From: an uncultured Candidatus Saccharibacteria bacterium
Lineage (GTDB): Bacteria; Patescibacteriota; Minisyncoccia; Phycocordibacterales; DATDWN01
Reading direction: 5' to 3'
NCBI GenBank assembly: GCA_964596875.1
Contig: CAZQVT010000002.1
Location: 5,508 to 69,507 of the forward strand
Length of the DNA: 64,000 nucleotides
Part shown: one piece after another, positions 20,076 to 30,416 of the stretch
How positions within the stretch are numbered: the stretch's first letter is position 1
Layout: each line of letters begins with the position of its first letter
Program-made: the position numbers and the translations under genes
Notes under the pieces: model-generated
Told to the model about the DNA's origin: nothing
The model's input: the letters and a program-made list of their open reading frames with translations, nothing else
The model's database searches: none

Positions 20076-21986
20076 TTATGGTGTTGGTGTGGCCTGTGCT
20101 GGTGCGGGCGCAGCTGGTGCTGGTGCTGCAGGTTCTTCTTCTTTTAATACTTCAGCTAGATCAGCCAGTATCTTGTCTTTTCCACCCTTCTTTGATTTTT
20201 TGCCCTCTCTCATTCTTCTTGCGGCTTCAGCATCTTCTGAAACTCCAGTATAAAGGTTTGGTGTGTACCATTGAGTCTGGCTGATATTGTGTATATATCT
20301 CTGGCGTCTTTCTGCGGTATTACGTTCCGCTCCTTGTATTAGTAATCTTTGATATCTCTCTCTTTCCCTTTCTGCCTCTCGAGCAACCATAGCAGTTGCA
20401 TCAGCTCTTGACCTTCCTGCTACAACATAAGCATTTACTCTTCCTTCATTTGAAACCTTGTCCCAGCCTCTTCTTTCCATTTCTGCTTCTACGTCTGCAC
20501 CAGTTACTGTGTCACCTAGATTATTTTCAGCAAATTTCATTCTGTCGTTTATTCGAGCCTCTCTTTCTGCTTGGTATCCACCTTTTCCACCAGCCTTGCC
20601 CATTCCAGTCATTTTCCCTATTGCTGTTGATCGTACATCAAAACTTGCTGAGCCGGTCTTGTTTCCTGCTGTTAATGCGAGACGAGCGAGCCTGCTGTCA
20701 GGAGCTCTTTCTCTTAGCCATTGACTGTTTGCAACAGATTGTCCGGCAAGGCCAACACTGTTTCTTAGGCCAAGTGCTCCGACATTCATGATCTTACCGC
20801 CAGCGTATGAAGTTAAGTTTTTTGTTGCTTGTCCCACAAATTTTGAACCTCTTGATGCTGAACTTTTTGAAACTGTAAGTGAGGCAATAATTAAACCAAT
20901 TAGAATAACAAAGTTAAAAATTAAACTTATTGAACTTTGTGAGTATGTGGCACTCAACTGACCGGCATCTCCGGATGCAAGTCGTCCGATTGCGTCTGGA
21001 TCTATTAAAAATCTAGAGGTACTCATGAGTTGTAGTACTACCCAAGTCATGATCATGTAGATTGGGCCAAATGTTAACTGTCCAGTAAGTGTTTCCCACC
21101 ACTCACCTGCCGCTTTTCCTAGGCCTGGTATAGCGGTACCCATATATGCCACAGGAGAAAGTATTAGCAAAATAATTAGTGTTACATATCTGATTATAAA
21201 AATAATTGAAATAGAAAAGAAAACAAAAGCCGTAACCATAAAAAGCACGGCACCTAGTATGGGCACCAGAAGCATATTTGCATCACCGCCAGTCCTAACA
21301 TTGGTAAAGTTTGCTTTTGACCAGAAAGATGATAGACCCAGATTTTTCATAAAAGGAATAGATATACCCGAAAGTGGTATTATAGTTTGTCCGCTCTGGT
21401 CTACGATGGGTTTTCCTTGGCCAGCACTTTGAATAATAGATTTATAAAATCCAAGGGTGACGATATTTGAAGCGTCTATGAGTATTTTTGTGAAAAATAA
21501 ACTAAAGTTTACTAAAAGTGCTGCCAGAATAAGTGTGGAGATAAATTTTTTTATTGACTCCTTACTTCCCACACCAATAATTAGTTCTATTCCCTTGTAG
21601 ACCAAGATAAATATAAAGGCTATGTTCATTAGGTCCTTTATCACCTTCCAGGTTATATTTATTCCCGTAAGGTCGTCCAGGTTAACTTTGAGGTCAATAA
21701 TGGTGTACCGAAGCACATAGTCTAAAAGTGTTCCTGATAGGTACAGAACCCATGAAGCAATTCTCAGAACAATGTTATAGAGTAGCCATGTGAATATGTC
21801 TGTAAGGGCATTGATCACACAAGTTCCCCATCCAGAAAGCCATCCACACTCAGTATCGTTTGATCTATCTATCTGGCCTACTGTAGGGTTTACTGTACCG
21901 CCAGTACCTTGTGCAGTTACAAATACAGGAGCAAATACTCCCAAAAGTATCGTTAGTATTAGTAAATGTGAAAGGATTTTTTTCAT
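20076..21986 (-). CDS. VirB6/TrbL-like polytopic membrane protein with cytoplasmic tail
   Basis: LILAALLVNFSLFF, IRYVTL...LSPVAY; many TMs; T4SS-like context. Confidence 0.7.
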   Translation of the reverse strand: MKKILSHLLILTILLGVFAPVFVTAQGTGGTVNPTVGQIDRSNDTECGWLSGWGTCVINALTDIFTWLLYNIVLRIASWVLYLSGTLLDYVLRYTIIDLKVNLDDLTGINITWKVIKDLMNIAFIFILVYKGIELIIGVGSKESIKKFISTLILAALLVNFSLFFTKILIDASNIVTLGFYKSIIQSAGQGKPIVDQSGQTIIPLSGISIPFMKNLGLSSFWSKANFTNVRTGGDANMLLVPILGAVLFMVTAFVFFSISIIFIIRYVTLIILLILSPVAYMGTAIPGLGKAAGEWWETLTGQLTFGPIYMIMTWVVLQLMSTSRFLIDPDAIGRLASGDAGQLSATYSQSSISLIFNFVILIGLIIASLTVSKSSASRGSKFVGQATKNLTSYAGGKIMNVGALGLRNSVGLAGQSVANSQWLRERAPDSRLARLALTAGNKTGSASFDVRSTAIGKMTGMGKAGGKGGYQAEREARINDRMKFAENNLGDTVTGADVEAEMERRGWDKVSNEGRVNAYVVAGRSRADATAMVAREAERERERYQRLLIQGAERNTAERRQRYIHNISQTQWYTPNLYTGVSEDAEAARRMREGKKSKKGGKDKILADLAEVLKEEEPAAPAPAAPAPAQATPTP

Positions 21987-21993
21987 TTTTAAA

Positions 21994-23691
21994 TTACCTA
22001 AAGATTGCGCCAACTTGTCCATTTCCAGTTATGTTTCCTCTGCAAGTGTTGCTTGGGTTAAATACCGCACACGGACCTGTCCAGCCAACAAAGTTTCTAC
22101 CGATTGCTGGTGTCGCTGTTATGGATACTAAAGAGTCGACCGGATAAGGTTTGCTACATGTAGTTGTCGCTGGATTGGTTAGGTTTGAACACGTATCTAC
22201 TCCATCAGTTACAGAGCCTCCAGGAGAAACATCGATTGTAAGTGTGTATGTTGAGCCTGTTCCAGGTAGAGGTATTGGTGGGTTTGTTGCTGCACTTCCA
22301 GCTGGGTTTCTGTTACATGCGCATTCAACATTCCAAGTCCATCCACTACCTGCACCTGTGCCACCAACTGCACCTACCATAACGTCTACAACCATTCCAT
22401 TTCCAAAATCAAACTTATCCAGTCTTCTGTGAGGAATTACAAAAGCCCATGGGTATTGACCCTTTACTTCGCTTTCTGCAGAAGTCATGCCGGCATTTGT
22501 TAGAGGGTATTTGTTCAGTATTCCTAAAACAGTACCGCTATCTACTCTTGTACAGTCTACACTTGGGTTTGGAGTATACGCAGGACATGAACTTCCTCCA
22601 CTTCCCCCACTTCCAAGTGGCCACGGAGGTATTCCACCTATGTCAGCTGGAGTTGTCTCACAACTTACAGAACCTCCGGTTCCTCCAGTGTATGAGTCAA
22701 TTATTCCGTCACCGTCGGTATCAACACCCGTACCACTGTTTCCTCCATTTGAAGTACAAGTTAGTGTTGGTTGAGAAGCAGATGGTTGATAGTTTTGATA
22801 TGGTTGTGATTCTGCAGCAATCTGGTCAACAAGTGATGGTGAAGTGTTGTTTGCACCTGTTTTTTCACTTGCACCCATTAGACCACCTGCATTTCCAGCA
22901 ACCTGTTCAATAAGTTGAGAAACAAGCGCTGTAATAATCTCGTTAAACTCATCAGCAGAAACCAATTCTCCCCATTTTGTTCCCAGAGTATCTTTTATTT
23001 GGTCACTAATAACTCCACCAGGTGTAACAGTTTCTTCTTCTACAGAACAGATTGTCGCCTGTGATACTGGATCAACAAAGGTTTGTGCTCCTCTCGGGCA
23101 TCGTTTTAAACTCAAAAAACCTGCACCAAGGTCAATTTCTTTTTTCTTATTAGCTGCGTCACTGCCCACTATTATTGAAAGTTGATTTTTTGCTGCCAAA
23201 TAGGAGCCATAAGGGTTGTTTTCTGAATTTTGAGTAATTTCAAACCAACCCTGCCATCCTCCCTCTGTAAAATCCTGCGTAAACGCATCGTAGTTATTCT
23301 GTAGAATGCTTAAGGTACAAGAATAATTGTTATTGTCATCATTTATATAGTTTTTTGCTAGTGCAAGTCTAACTTCTGCCTTGAAAGGACTACAAAGTTT
23401 GTTTACTCCTGCTTGTGATAGAAACTGTGAGGCGATATTGTCCCCTGCATCTAGGAAAAATTTACCAGGGTCACTTATATAACCAGGATTTCCCTTAAAA
23501 CCGTTGTTTATCCAGTTTACGGTTTTTTGAGTAAGTTTTCTTGTAACTGTTTTGGCTGCGACATAGGCTATGGTATCCAAACCGTATTCCTTTAAAGCGT
23601 TTGAAATATCTACATATTGAGCATTAGTTTTTTCTGGGAAGGAAACAAGTAAAACTGAAAAGATTAAAAAGGATGCAAGTATTTTTTTCAT
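21994..23691 (-). CDS. Secreted multidomain protein with C-terminal InlB B-repeat-like domain
   Basis: Signal peptide; Gly/Ser linkers; DTDGDG; VSITATPA.G..FVGWTGPC. Confidence 0.65.
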   Translation of the reverse strand: MKKILASFLIFSVLLVSFPEKTNAQYVDISNALKEYGLDTIAYVAAKTVTRKLTQKTVNWINNGFKGNPGYISDPGKFFLDAGDNIASQFLSQAGVNKLCSPFKAEVRLALAKNYINDDNNNYSCTLSILQNNYDAFTQDFTEGGWQGWFEITQNSENNPYGSYLAAKNQLSIIVGSDAANKKKEIDLGAGFLSLKRCPRGAQTFVDPVSQATICSVEEETVTPGGVISDQIKDTLGTKWGELVSADEFNEIITALVSQLIEQVAGNAGGLMGASEKTGANNTSPSLVDQIAAESQPYQNYQPSASQPTLTCTSNGGNSGTGVDTDGDGIIDSYTGGTGGSVSCETTPADIGGIPPWPLGSGGSGGSSCPAYTPNPSVDCTRVDSGTVLGILNKYPLTNAGMTSAESEVKGQYPWAFVIPHRRLDKFDFGNGMVVDVMVGAVGGTGAGSGWTWNVECACNRNPAGSAATNPPIPLPGTGSTYTLTIDVSPGGSVTDGVDTCSNLTNPATTTCSKPYPVDSLVSITATPAIGRNFVGWTGPCAVFNPSNTCRGNITGNGQVGAIFR

Positions 23692-23775
23692 ATAGAAAAT
23701 AATTTATATATTACAAACAAATTATATCCTATTATGAAAAGTAAATCTCAATAATAAACTCAAATATGTTGAAAA

Positions 23776-24612
23776 CTAACGAAATTCGGTAACTGTTTTT
23801 TTGCTCAAGAATGCATTTAGGGTAGTAACTGCTTTTCCAAAGTTTTGCATGTTTGTAGTATAGTCCCCCACAACAGAGAAAACTTTTACCGGATCAGAAA
23901 CTGCAGAACGTATTGCCTCCAGGTTGCTTAGTATTTTTGATGAGGCGTTCAAAAGGTTTAGGTGCATGGGTATTGCGGCTTCAGGAACCTCCATTTCAAG
24001 TAGCGTTTTAATTGTGCTCTTGTTTATGACTATGAGAGGGTCTAGTTTTTTGAGTTCCTTTTCGTTATCAGACTGTAGGCCGTTTACTAGTATGGCCATA
24101 GGGTCAACTTTTACATCATAATATACAGAAATAAGCGCTTGGTTTATTTTTTGAGAGTAAGCATCGAAAGTTAACGGGTCATCTTTTTTAATGATTTTTA
24201 AGTTTTCTTTGATGTATACAACTGAATTTTGCTTGTAGTCAGGCAGTGAAAGTGTGTTGTCTACTATTTTTGAGGCCATTTGAGGAGTAAGTCCTTGTCC
24301 GTTTTTAGCTATTATTAGATACTGCGACAAAATATCTCGAGACATTTGGTCTGTTAGAGTGTTGTCCCCTTCTGAAATATTTACTGTTTTTGTCAGGTCG
24401 ATAACTTTTGAGTTTGCTTTGTTGCTGTCAGTTAGAATTTTTTTCCAGTCGTAGTCCGTGTTTTTTATAGCTATGGGATCTTCAGCAACCACCCCATCTT
24501 TTTTAGTGGGTGTTGTTTTTGAGAGACTTTTTTGTTTGTTATTTATAAACCAAACCGAAACAACCACACCAAAACATAGTATAAAAATAGTAAGAGTTTT
24601 GTTACTAGGCAT
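23776..24612 (-). CDS. Membrane-anchored hypothetical protein
   Basis: N-terminal TM followed by a helical region. Confidence 0.65.
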   Translation of the reverse strand: MPSNKTLTIFILCFGVVVSVWFINNKQKSLSKTTPTKKDGVVAEDPIAIKNTDYDWKKILTDSNKANSKVIDLTKTVNISEGDNTLTDQMSRDILSQYLIIAKNGQGLTPQMASKIVDNTLSLPDYKQNSVVYIKENLKIIKKDDPLTFDAYSQKINQALISVYYDVKVDPMAILVNGLQSDNEKELKKLDPLIVINKSTIKTLLEMEVPEAAIPMHLNLLNASSKILSNLEAIRSAVSDPVKVFSVVGDYTTNMQNFGKAVTTLNAFLSKKTVTEFR

Positions 24613-24632
24613 CCATAAATAATATCACAACT

Positions 24633-26285
24633 TTAAACTAAGTTATAAACACCACTTGCCCATAATACAAAAAGATATGCGACTCCTATACCAAATAAAA
24701 AGAAAAATCTTAATATAAATATGTATTTCTCTGCGTAAGGTTTTCTAGTTATAAGTTTGTATCCTACTAAGGAACATGGTATGGCGAGTATATACAAAAG
24801 GTAAAAACTAAGGAAAAATGGCACAAGCAAAATACTAATCGAGAAAAGTGTTGCTACGATTTGTACTCCATATTTTGGAAACAGGTTTGGTATGGTTAGG
24901 ATTCCATTTCTTTTATCCCCCTCTACATCTTTTATATCTTTAAAGTTTATTGCCAAAGTTACCATTATAACTATCCCAATACTTAAAAATGTTGGAAAAC
25001 TTTGGACTTCTTTGTTTGTGGATACAAAAAAGTATCCTGCAAGTATGGTTGAAAGACAGGCAACTCCAATAAGAAATGAAGGAACCAAAGGCAGTCTGCG
25101 AAGTCTTAGAGGTGGTACTGAATACACATATGAACATGCTACATAAACCATAGCCATAAAAAATGGATAAAAACCTGCACACCAACTACCTAAAAGACCC
25201 ATTGCCAGCCACAGTTTTCCAATATCTCGCATTTCACTAACGGAAACAGAGTTTTTCACTAAAGGTCTGTCTGTATTTGAGATTTTGTCTATATCTAGGT
25301 CGTAAATATCATTTAAGTGAACTGCGTGCATCCAAAGTGCTGACCATGCAACAAAAAGACAAATCAAACCAAATACATCGATTAAAACTGGCATGTTCCC
25401 TACCTTGTTTATATATGCAAAGGCGATTCCACAAAAAAGTGATGCCGTGTAGAAGTTTATTCTTTCGGGTCGAGCGTTTTTAAAAATTGCCACAAATTTT
25501 TCTTTTTCTATTTTCCTAAACAAAGATAGTCCCAATAATATAGAAATGATAAACAAAATTTGAGACATGAGTTTGTCAAAACCAAGTTCAAAAAACCTTG
25601 TAGTCGATACTGACAAGAAACCTTCCCTCAAAGTGTTGTGAGAAATGGTAGAACGTAAGATATTTTTTTCAAAAAAGTTTAAAACTTGCACATTTTCTAC
25701 GATCATACTTTGTGGATTTGAAATCGTATACAAAATCCCTGGCAGAGTGGCCAAAATAAAAACAAATATATATATTAAAAACACCCCCATAAACGACTTG
25801 CTTACTTTTTTTGTTTCAAAAAAGATTAGATAAAATATCCCAAGAAATGACAGGGCAATTCCTAGACGTATCCCGAAAGTGGCACCGTAGTTTAGATTGT
25901 TTCCAAAAAATGTAAAAAAATCATAAATTAATCTATAACCATTGTCGAAAACATAACTCATCCTGTATCCGTTTCCCTTACTTAAAAGTAAATCCGCAAT
26001 AGGAGCAAGCCATATAAGTGGTAGTCCAAACAAGATAATTTTCGCTGAAGAAACATAGTCCTTGATATATTTCCCAAATATCAAAATAGTCCCTAAGGTT
26101 ACTGTTAGAAAGTACAAGGAGTAGTGCACAAGGGTGTATGGGTCTGACGGTATTATACCTGTGCTAGATGGACTAGATATTGATTCTAAAACAAACCTAA
26201 CAAAGAGTATTCCAACAAAACCTAAAATCCAACTGGATATATTTATTTCTTGATTCTTTATTATGGTCAATATTTTATTTACCAT
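24633..26285 (-). CDS. UbiA-family prenyltransferase with extra N-terminal membrane domain
   Basis: NDIYDLDIDK..RPL, YSVPPLRLR, KDIKDVEGD..G..T. Confidence 0.85.
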   Translation of the reverse strand: MVNKILTIIKNQEINISSWILGFVGILFVRFVLESISSPSSTGIIPSDPYTLVHYSLYFLTVTLGTILIFGKYIKDYVSSAKIILFGLPLIWLAPIADLLLSKGNGYRMSYVFDNGYRLIYDFFTFFGNNLNYGATFGIRLGIALSFLGIFYLIFFETKKVSKSFMGVFLIYIFVFILATLPGILYTISNPQSMIVENVQVLNFFEKNILRSTISHNTLREGFLSVSTTRFFELGFDKLMSQILFIISILLGLSLFRKIEKEKFVAIFKNARPERINFYTASLFCGIAFAYINKVGNMPVLIDVFGLICLFVAWSALWMHAVHLNDIYDLDIDKISNTDRPLVKNSVSVSEMRDIGKLWLAMGLLGSWCAGFYPFFMAMVYVACSYVYSVPPLRLRRLPLVPSFLIGVACLSTILAGYFFVSTNKEVQSFPTFLSIGIVIMVTLAINFKDIKDVEGDKRNGILTIPNLFPKYGVQIVATLFSISILLVPFFLSFYLLYILAIPCSLVGYKLITRKPYAEKYIFILRFFFLFGIGVAYLFVLWASGVYNLV

Positions 26286-27072
26286 TGTGTTTTGTTAGTT
26301 CATTTGAAATTTTTACCCATGTTTTAAGATCTAAATCTTCTGCTCTAACTTTCGGATCTAGATGTAATTTTTCAAAGACATTTTGCACATTTTCTTTTTC
26401 AAAATCGTTTGAAAGGTTTGGTAAGAGTTGCTTTCGTTTATGCGCAAAGCCCGAATGTAAAACTTTGAAATAATCTTCAATGTTTAGTCCGTGAAGTTTA
26501 ATGTCCGAAATATTTTCTATGTTTATTACTGCAGAGTCTACGTTCGGAGACGGTGTAAATGCCCCCCTACCTACAGTTCGGATTATTTTTGGCTCGCCAA
26601 AAACTTTCACTGAAAGTGAAAGAAGGCTTTCTTTTTTGTCTCGAGCTACGATTCTTTCTGCTACTTCTTTTTGAACAAGTAGTGTCATGGAAACGGGTTT
26701 ATTTTTAGCCTCTAAAAATTTGCGGATGATTTGTCCAGTGATGTAGTAAGGAATGTTGGCGATAACCTTGTAATTGTTTCCCAAAGGTAGTTTTTCAGTT
26801 TCGATTTCCAAAATATCAGATTCAATAAGCACTAATTTGTTTTCGTTTATTTCATTTATAAACTTTTCATGAAGGAGAGGAATGAGTCTGTGATCTTTTT
26901 CTACAACAATAACCTTCCCCGCTTTCTTTAGAAGATTTTCGGTCATTACTCCTTCACCCGGGCCAATCTCTAAAACAATATCTTTATCCAAAACTTTTCC
27001 CGCAGAAACAATATCACTGACTATTTGAGGTGATTTTAAAAAGTTTTGTCCTAGGGATTTCTTTTTAAGCAT
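26275..27072 (-). CDS. rsmA: 16S rRNA dimethyladenosine transferase
   Basis: LGQNFL, LEIGPGEG, ANIPYYIT. Confidence 0.96.
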   Translation of the reverse strand: MLKKKSLGQNFLKSPQIVSDIVSAGKVLDKDIVLEIGPGEGVMTENLLKKAGKVIVVEKDHRLIPLLHEKFINEINENKLVLIESDILEIETEKLPLGNNYKVIANIPYYITGQIIRKFLEAKNKPVSMTLLVQKEVAERIVARDKKESLLSLSVKVFGEPKIIRTVGRGAFTPSPNVDSAVINIENISDIKLHGLNIEDYFKVLHSGFAHKRKQLLPNLSNDFEKENVQNVFEKLHLDPKVRAEDLDLKTWVKISNELTKHNGK

Positions 27073-27073
27073 T

Positions 27074-29014
27074 TTAAAAGTCTATACTAAATAATGGTTT
27101 TCTGGGAGCGTCTTCCTCTCCGTAGTGCTCTTTTTCTGTGTATGTGTCGGGGATATCTTCTAGGAATTCAGAGGGAGAGTTTATTTCCCTGTTTCCAAAT
27201 ATAGTACGGGTAACTGCCCAAGTCAAAAACAATTTTTTGCCTGCACGAGTAATAGCTACATAGAAAAGTCTCCTCTCCTCTTCGTTGTCTTCTCCAGATT
27301 TTCTTTCCCCCATTTTTCTATGAGGAAAAAGGTCGGCTTCTAGACCTGAAACAAAAACATATTGAAACTCCAACCCCTTAGATGAGTGAACTGTCATAAG
27401 TTTTACTCCAGTTTTTTTACCATCCAAAGAGTCTTGGTCCGAAGCCAAAGAACTGTCAGTTAAAAACTTTTCTATCCCCTCTTCTGGTGATAGTTCATCG
27501 TATAGCGACGCGAGTGAAACAAGTTCCATAATGTTCTCTAGCCTTTCCGTGTCTTCTTCTTGACCAGTGTTGTACATATCTTCCATGCCTGTGCTCTTGA
27601 TAACAAATTTTATAGAGTCACTTGTTTTTTGCGTCAAAAGCACTTCTTTTATTTTTATAAGCAAATTTTTAAAATCCCCTAATTTTTCTTTTGTTTTCTC
27701 TGGCAAATCTCCCTCTTTACCCTCCATTATCTTTTGAATAGTAGTTCTACCTATGCCTCTAGGCGGAATATTTATGATTCTAAGCAAATCTGTGGTTGAG
27801 TCGGTGTTTAGTGAGGCTTTTATGAAACTTATTACATCTTTTACTTCTTTCCTTTCAAAAAACTTTGTCCCAAGCATCTGGTAGTCTACTCCAAAAGCCA
27901 AAAATGCATCTTCCAAAACTCTGGATTGAAAGTTTGCTCTATACAAAACAGAAATTTCTTCTGGGTTTACACCGCTTTCTACCAGACTTTTTGCTTTCAT
28001 TGCTATAAACTGAGCCTCGTCTATCTCGCTTCTACCTTGGAAAATAGAGATTTTTTCGCCTTCGTGGTTTTCTGTATAGAGTTTTTTAGGTATTCTATAG
28101 TCATTTTTCTCTATGATGAGGTTTGCAACAGCCAAAATATTTTTTGTTGAACGATAATTTTGCTCTAGGAAGAAAGTTTGAGCCCTTGGATAGGTTTTTT
28201 CAAAATGAAGCATGTTTTTTATCTCTGCACCCCGCCAACTATATATGTTTTGGTCTGTATCCCCCACGACGCATATGTTTTGGTGTTTGTTCGCCAACAT
28301 CTCTACTATGTCGTTTTGTACCTTGTTTGTATCCTGGTACTCGTCTACATGTATATATTTAAACCTGTCCTGGTATTTTTCCAGTACGTCTGGGTATTTT
28401 TTCAATAACTTAAGAGTTTTGAGTAATAAATCATCAAAATCTAGAGCACTTTCCTTTTTTAGCATGTCTTCGTACTTTGCCCATACTTTTTTAGTAAGTT
28501 CCGAAGAAAAGTCATAAGAGCCTTTTTCGTTATATTCGTTTATATCTACCCCTCTACCTTTTTCAGCGGATATGATGTGCCGCACTTTATCCAAGTGGTC
28601 TTTTGGATCCAAACCAACCGAGATTACGGACTCTTTTATAGCTTTTTTGGAATCTGAGGTGTCAAAAATAGTAAAATGTCTAGGAAGTTTTAGAAGCTCA
28701 GAGTTCTCTTTTATTATTTGTACCCCAAGTGAGTGAAACGTGCTCATAAAAGGAGTGCCTCCCCTTGTGTGAATTAGTTCAGGACTATTTCTCATTAAAT
28801 CTATAATTCTTTCACGCATTTCCTTTGCTGCTTTGTTAGTAAAGGTAATGGCCAGTATGTTTTCTGGCCTCACACCTGTGTTTATAAGGTGGAGAATGCG
28901 GTGAGTAATCGTTTTTGTTTTACCAGCTCCTGCTCCTGCGACAATAAGTACCGGTCCGTCTGTGGCCAAAACTGCCTTTTTTTGTTCAGAATTAAGGGTT
29001 TTTAAGTAATCCAT
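27074..29014 (-). CDS. pcrA: UvrD/PcrA helicase
   Basis: AGAGAGKT, VDEYQD, QNYRS, EERRLFYVAITRA. Confidence 0.93.
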   Translation of the reverse strand: MDYLKTLNSEQKKAVLATDGPVLIVAGAGAGKTKTITHRILHLINTGVRPENILAITFTNKAAKEMRERIIDLMRNSPELIHTRGGTPFMSTFHSLGVQIIKENSELLKLPRHFTIFDTSDSKKAIKESVISVGLDPKDHLDKVRHIISAEKGRGVDINEYNEKGSYDFSSELTKKVWAKYEDMLKKESALDFDDLLLKTLKLLKKYPDVLEKYQDRFKYIHVDEYQDTNKVQNDIVEMLANKHQNICVVGDTDQNIYSWRGAEIKNMLHFEKTYPRAQTFFLEQNYRSTKNILAVANLIIEKNDYRIPKKLYTENHEGEKISIFQGRSEIDEAQFIAMKAKSLVESGVNPEEISVLYRANFQSRVLEDAFLAFGVDYQMLGTKFFERKEVKDVISFIKASLNTDSTTDLLRIINIPPRGIGRTTIQKIMEGKEGDLPEKTKEKLGDFKNLLIKIKEVLLTQKTSDSIKFVIKSTGMEDMYNTGQEEDTERLENIMELVSLASLYDELSPEEGIEKFLTDSSLASDQDSLDGKKTGVKLMTVHSSKGLEFQYVFVSGLEADLFPHRKMGERKSGEDNEEERRLFYVAITRAGKKLFLTWAVTRTIFGNREINSPSEFLEDIPDTYTEKEHYGEEDAPRKPLFSIDF

Positions 29015-29192
29015 TAGGGTTTGATTATAACATTTGTTAAAAGTTAGTATTTGTGACCTGTTTATAACTTCTATTGACCCCTATTTTCCAGTGTATATAA
29101 TGGTTAAGTACAGAAAAGTCTGTTAAAAATATGGCTCTGTTAAGCCATATTTTATACGGGAATCCAGAATTTGAATTAAATTTTCGCTTATT

Positions 29193-30293
29193 TTGAGGCA
29201 CTCACAAGATCCTCATTTTAGGTCAGGTCTTAAAATCACTAGCACTTGGTTTCGAAAGAGCCTAAGTCAGGTGGGATCTACCAAAAATGTGGTGAAAATA
29301 CTCACTTTTTTAACCGTTAACCCGGCTCTGCTTTTGTCTTTGGTTTTTCCAATACAGGCGTCGGCTTGCGGTATTTTTGATATAAAGTCTTGCTTTACAA
29401 GTAGTTCGAAAGTAGAGGCTGAAGAGGTGGTAACTTCAAATTCACAAAACATAGCACTTCTTCAAGCTCCCCTTTCACCGTTTTCAAAAGCATCATCTAC
29501 AGATGATGATGGTTCAATAATAGATGACACATACATTACCTCAGAAGTTCAAACCGCGGATGAAACAAGAACTATAGATAACGAACAGATTAGTGTATAT
29601 GTGGTACACAGCGGGGATACTCTACCTGCTATTGCAAAAATGTTTGGTGTTACTACAAACACTATCAGATGGGGTAACGACTTGAAGACTGACAAACTAA
29701 CTCCTGGTCAAACTTTGGTTATCTTGCCTATTTCGGGAGTTCAACATAAAGTTAAGTCAGGTGAAACTATTCAAGGTATTACAAAAATGCATAAAGGTGA
29801 CCTGGACGAAGTTTTGCAGTACAACAACCTAACTAAATCATCAAAACTGGCTATTGGAGATATTATTGTTATCCCAGACGGAGAAATGGTTGCCGTTTCT
29901 GCTGGTACAAAGAAAACTACAAGTTCAACAAACTATTCTGGACCTGCATACAGCGGATACTATATGAGACCAATCGTGGGTGGTATAAAGACTCAGGGTG
30001 TTCATGGTCACAACGGTGTAGATCTGGCTTCTAGTTACGGTGCAAACATTTTAGCATCTGCGTCTGGTGAAGTTATTATTGCAAGAACAGGTTGGAATGG
30101 TGGATACGGTACATATGTGGTAATAAAACATGCAAATGGTACTCAGACTCTGTATGGACACCTAAGCGCTCTGTCAGTTTCTCCTGGAGATAGTGTTTAT
30201 CAGGGTCAGATAATAGGAAAAATGGGAAGTACTGGAAAGAGTACGGGTACTCATTTACATTTCGAGATTCGAGGCGCCCGCAATCCATTTTAA
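29193..30293 (+). CDS. LysM-repeat M23 metallopeptidase (true start probably near 29290)
   Basis: Two LysM motifs; HNGVD, LYGHL, HLHFE. Confidence 0.9.
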   Translation: MRHSQDPHFRSGLKITSTWFRKSLSQVGSTKNVVKILTFLTVNPALLLSLVFPIQASACGIFDIKSCFTSSSKVEAEEVVTSNSQNIALLQAPLSPFSKASSTDDDGSIIDDTYITSEVQTADETRTIDNEQISVYVVHSGDTLPAIAKMFGVTTNTIRWGNDLKTDKLTPGQTLVILPISGVQHKVKSGETIQGITKMHKGDLDEVLQYNNLTKSSKLAIGDIIVIPDGEMVAVSAGTKKTTSSTNYSGPAYSGYYMRPIVGGIKTQGVHGHNGVDLASSYGANILASASGEVIIARTGWNGGYGTYVVIKHANGTQTLYGHLSALSVSPGDSVYQGQIIGKMGSTGKSTGTHLHFEIRGARNPF

Positions 30294-30416
30294 AACTTCC
30301 TAATTTGGCGAACTCCTCGTTCTCGTGTTTAAAAATGTTCGTCACCTTACGACTTGTAAGGCTCTTCTCATTTCTAAACTCTCAACATCGGATTTCATCC
30401 AAATTTCGAAAGTTTA
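30291..30416 (+). repeat. ~120-bp palindromic element copy E2 (between convergent stops)
   Basis: AAAACTTCC..GGCGAA / TTCATCC..AAGTTT; central CACCTTAC/GTAAGGCT. Confidence 0.85.

Noticed and set aside
12436-24612. Integrative conjugative element
   Set aside because: No integrase, relaxase, coupling protein or att repeats; composition matches host genes
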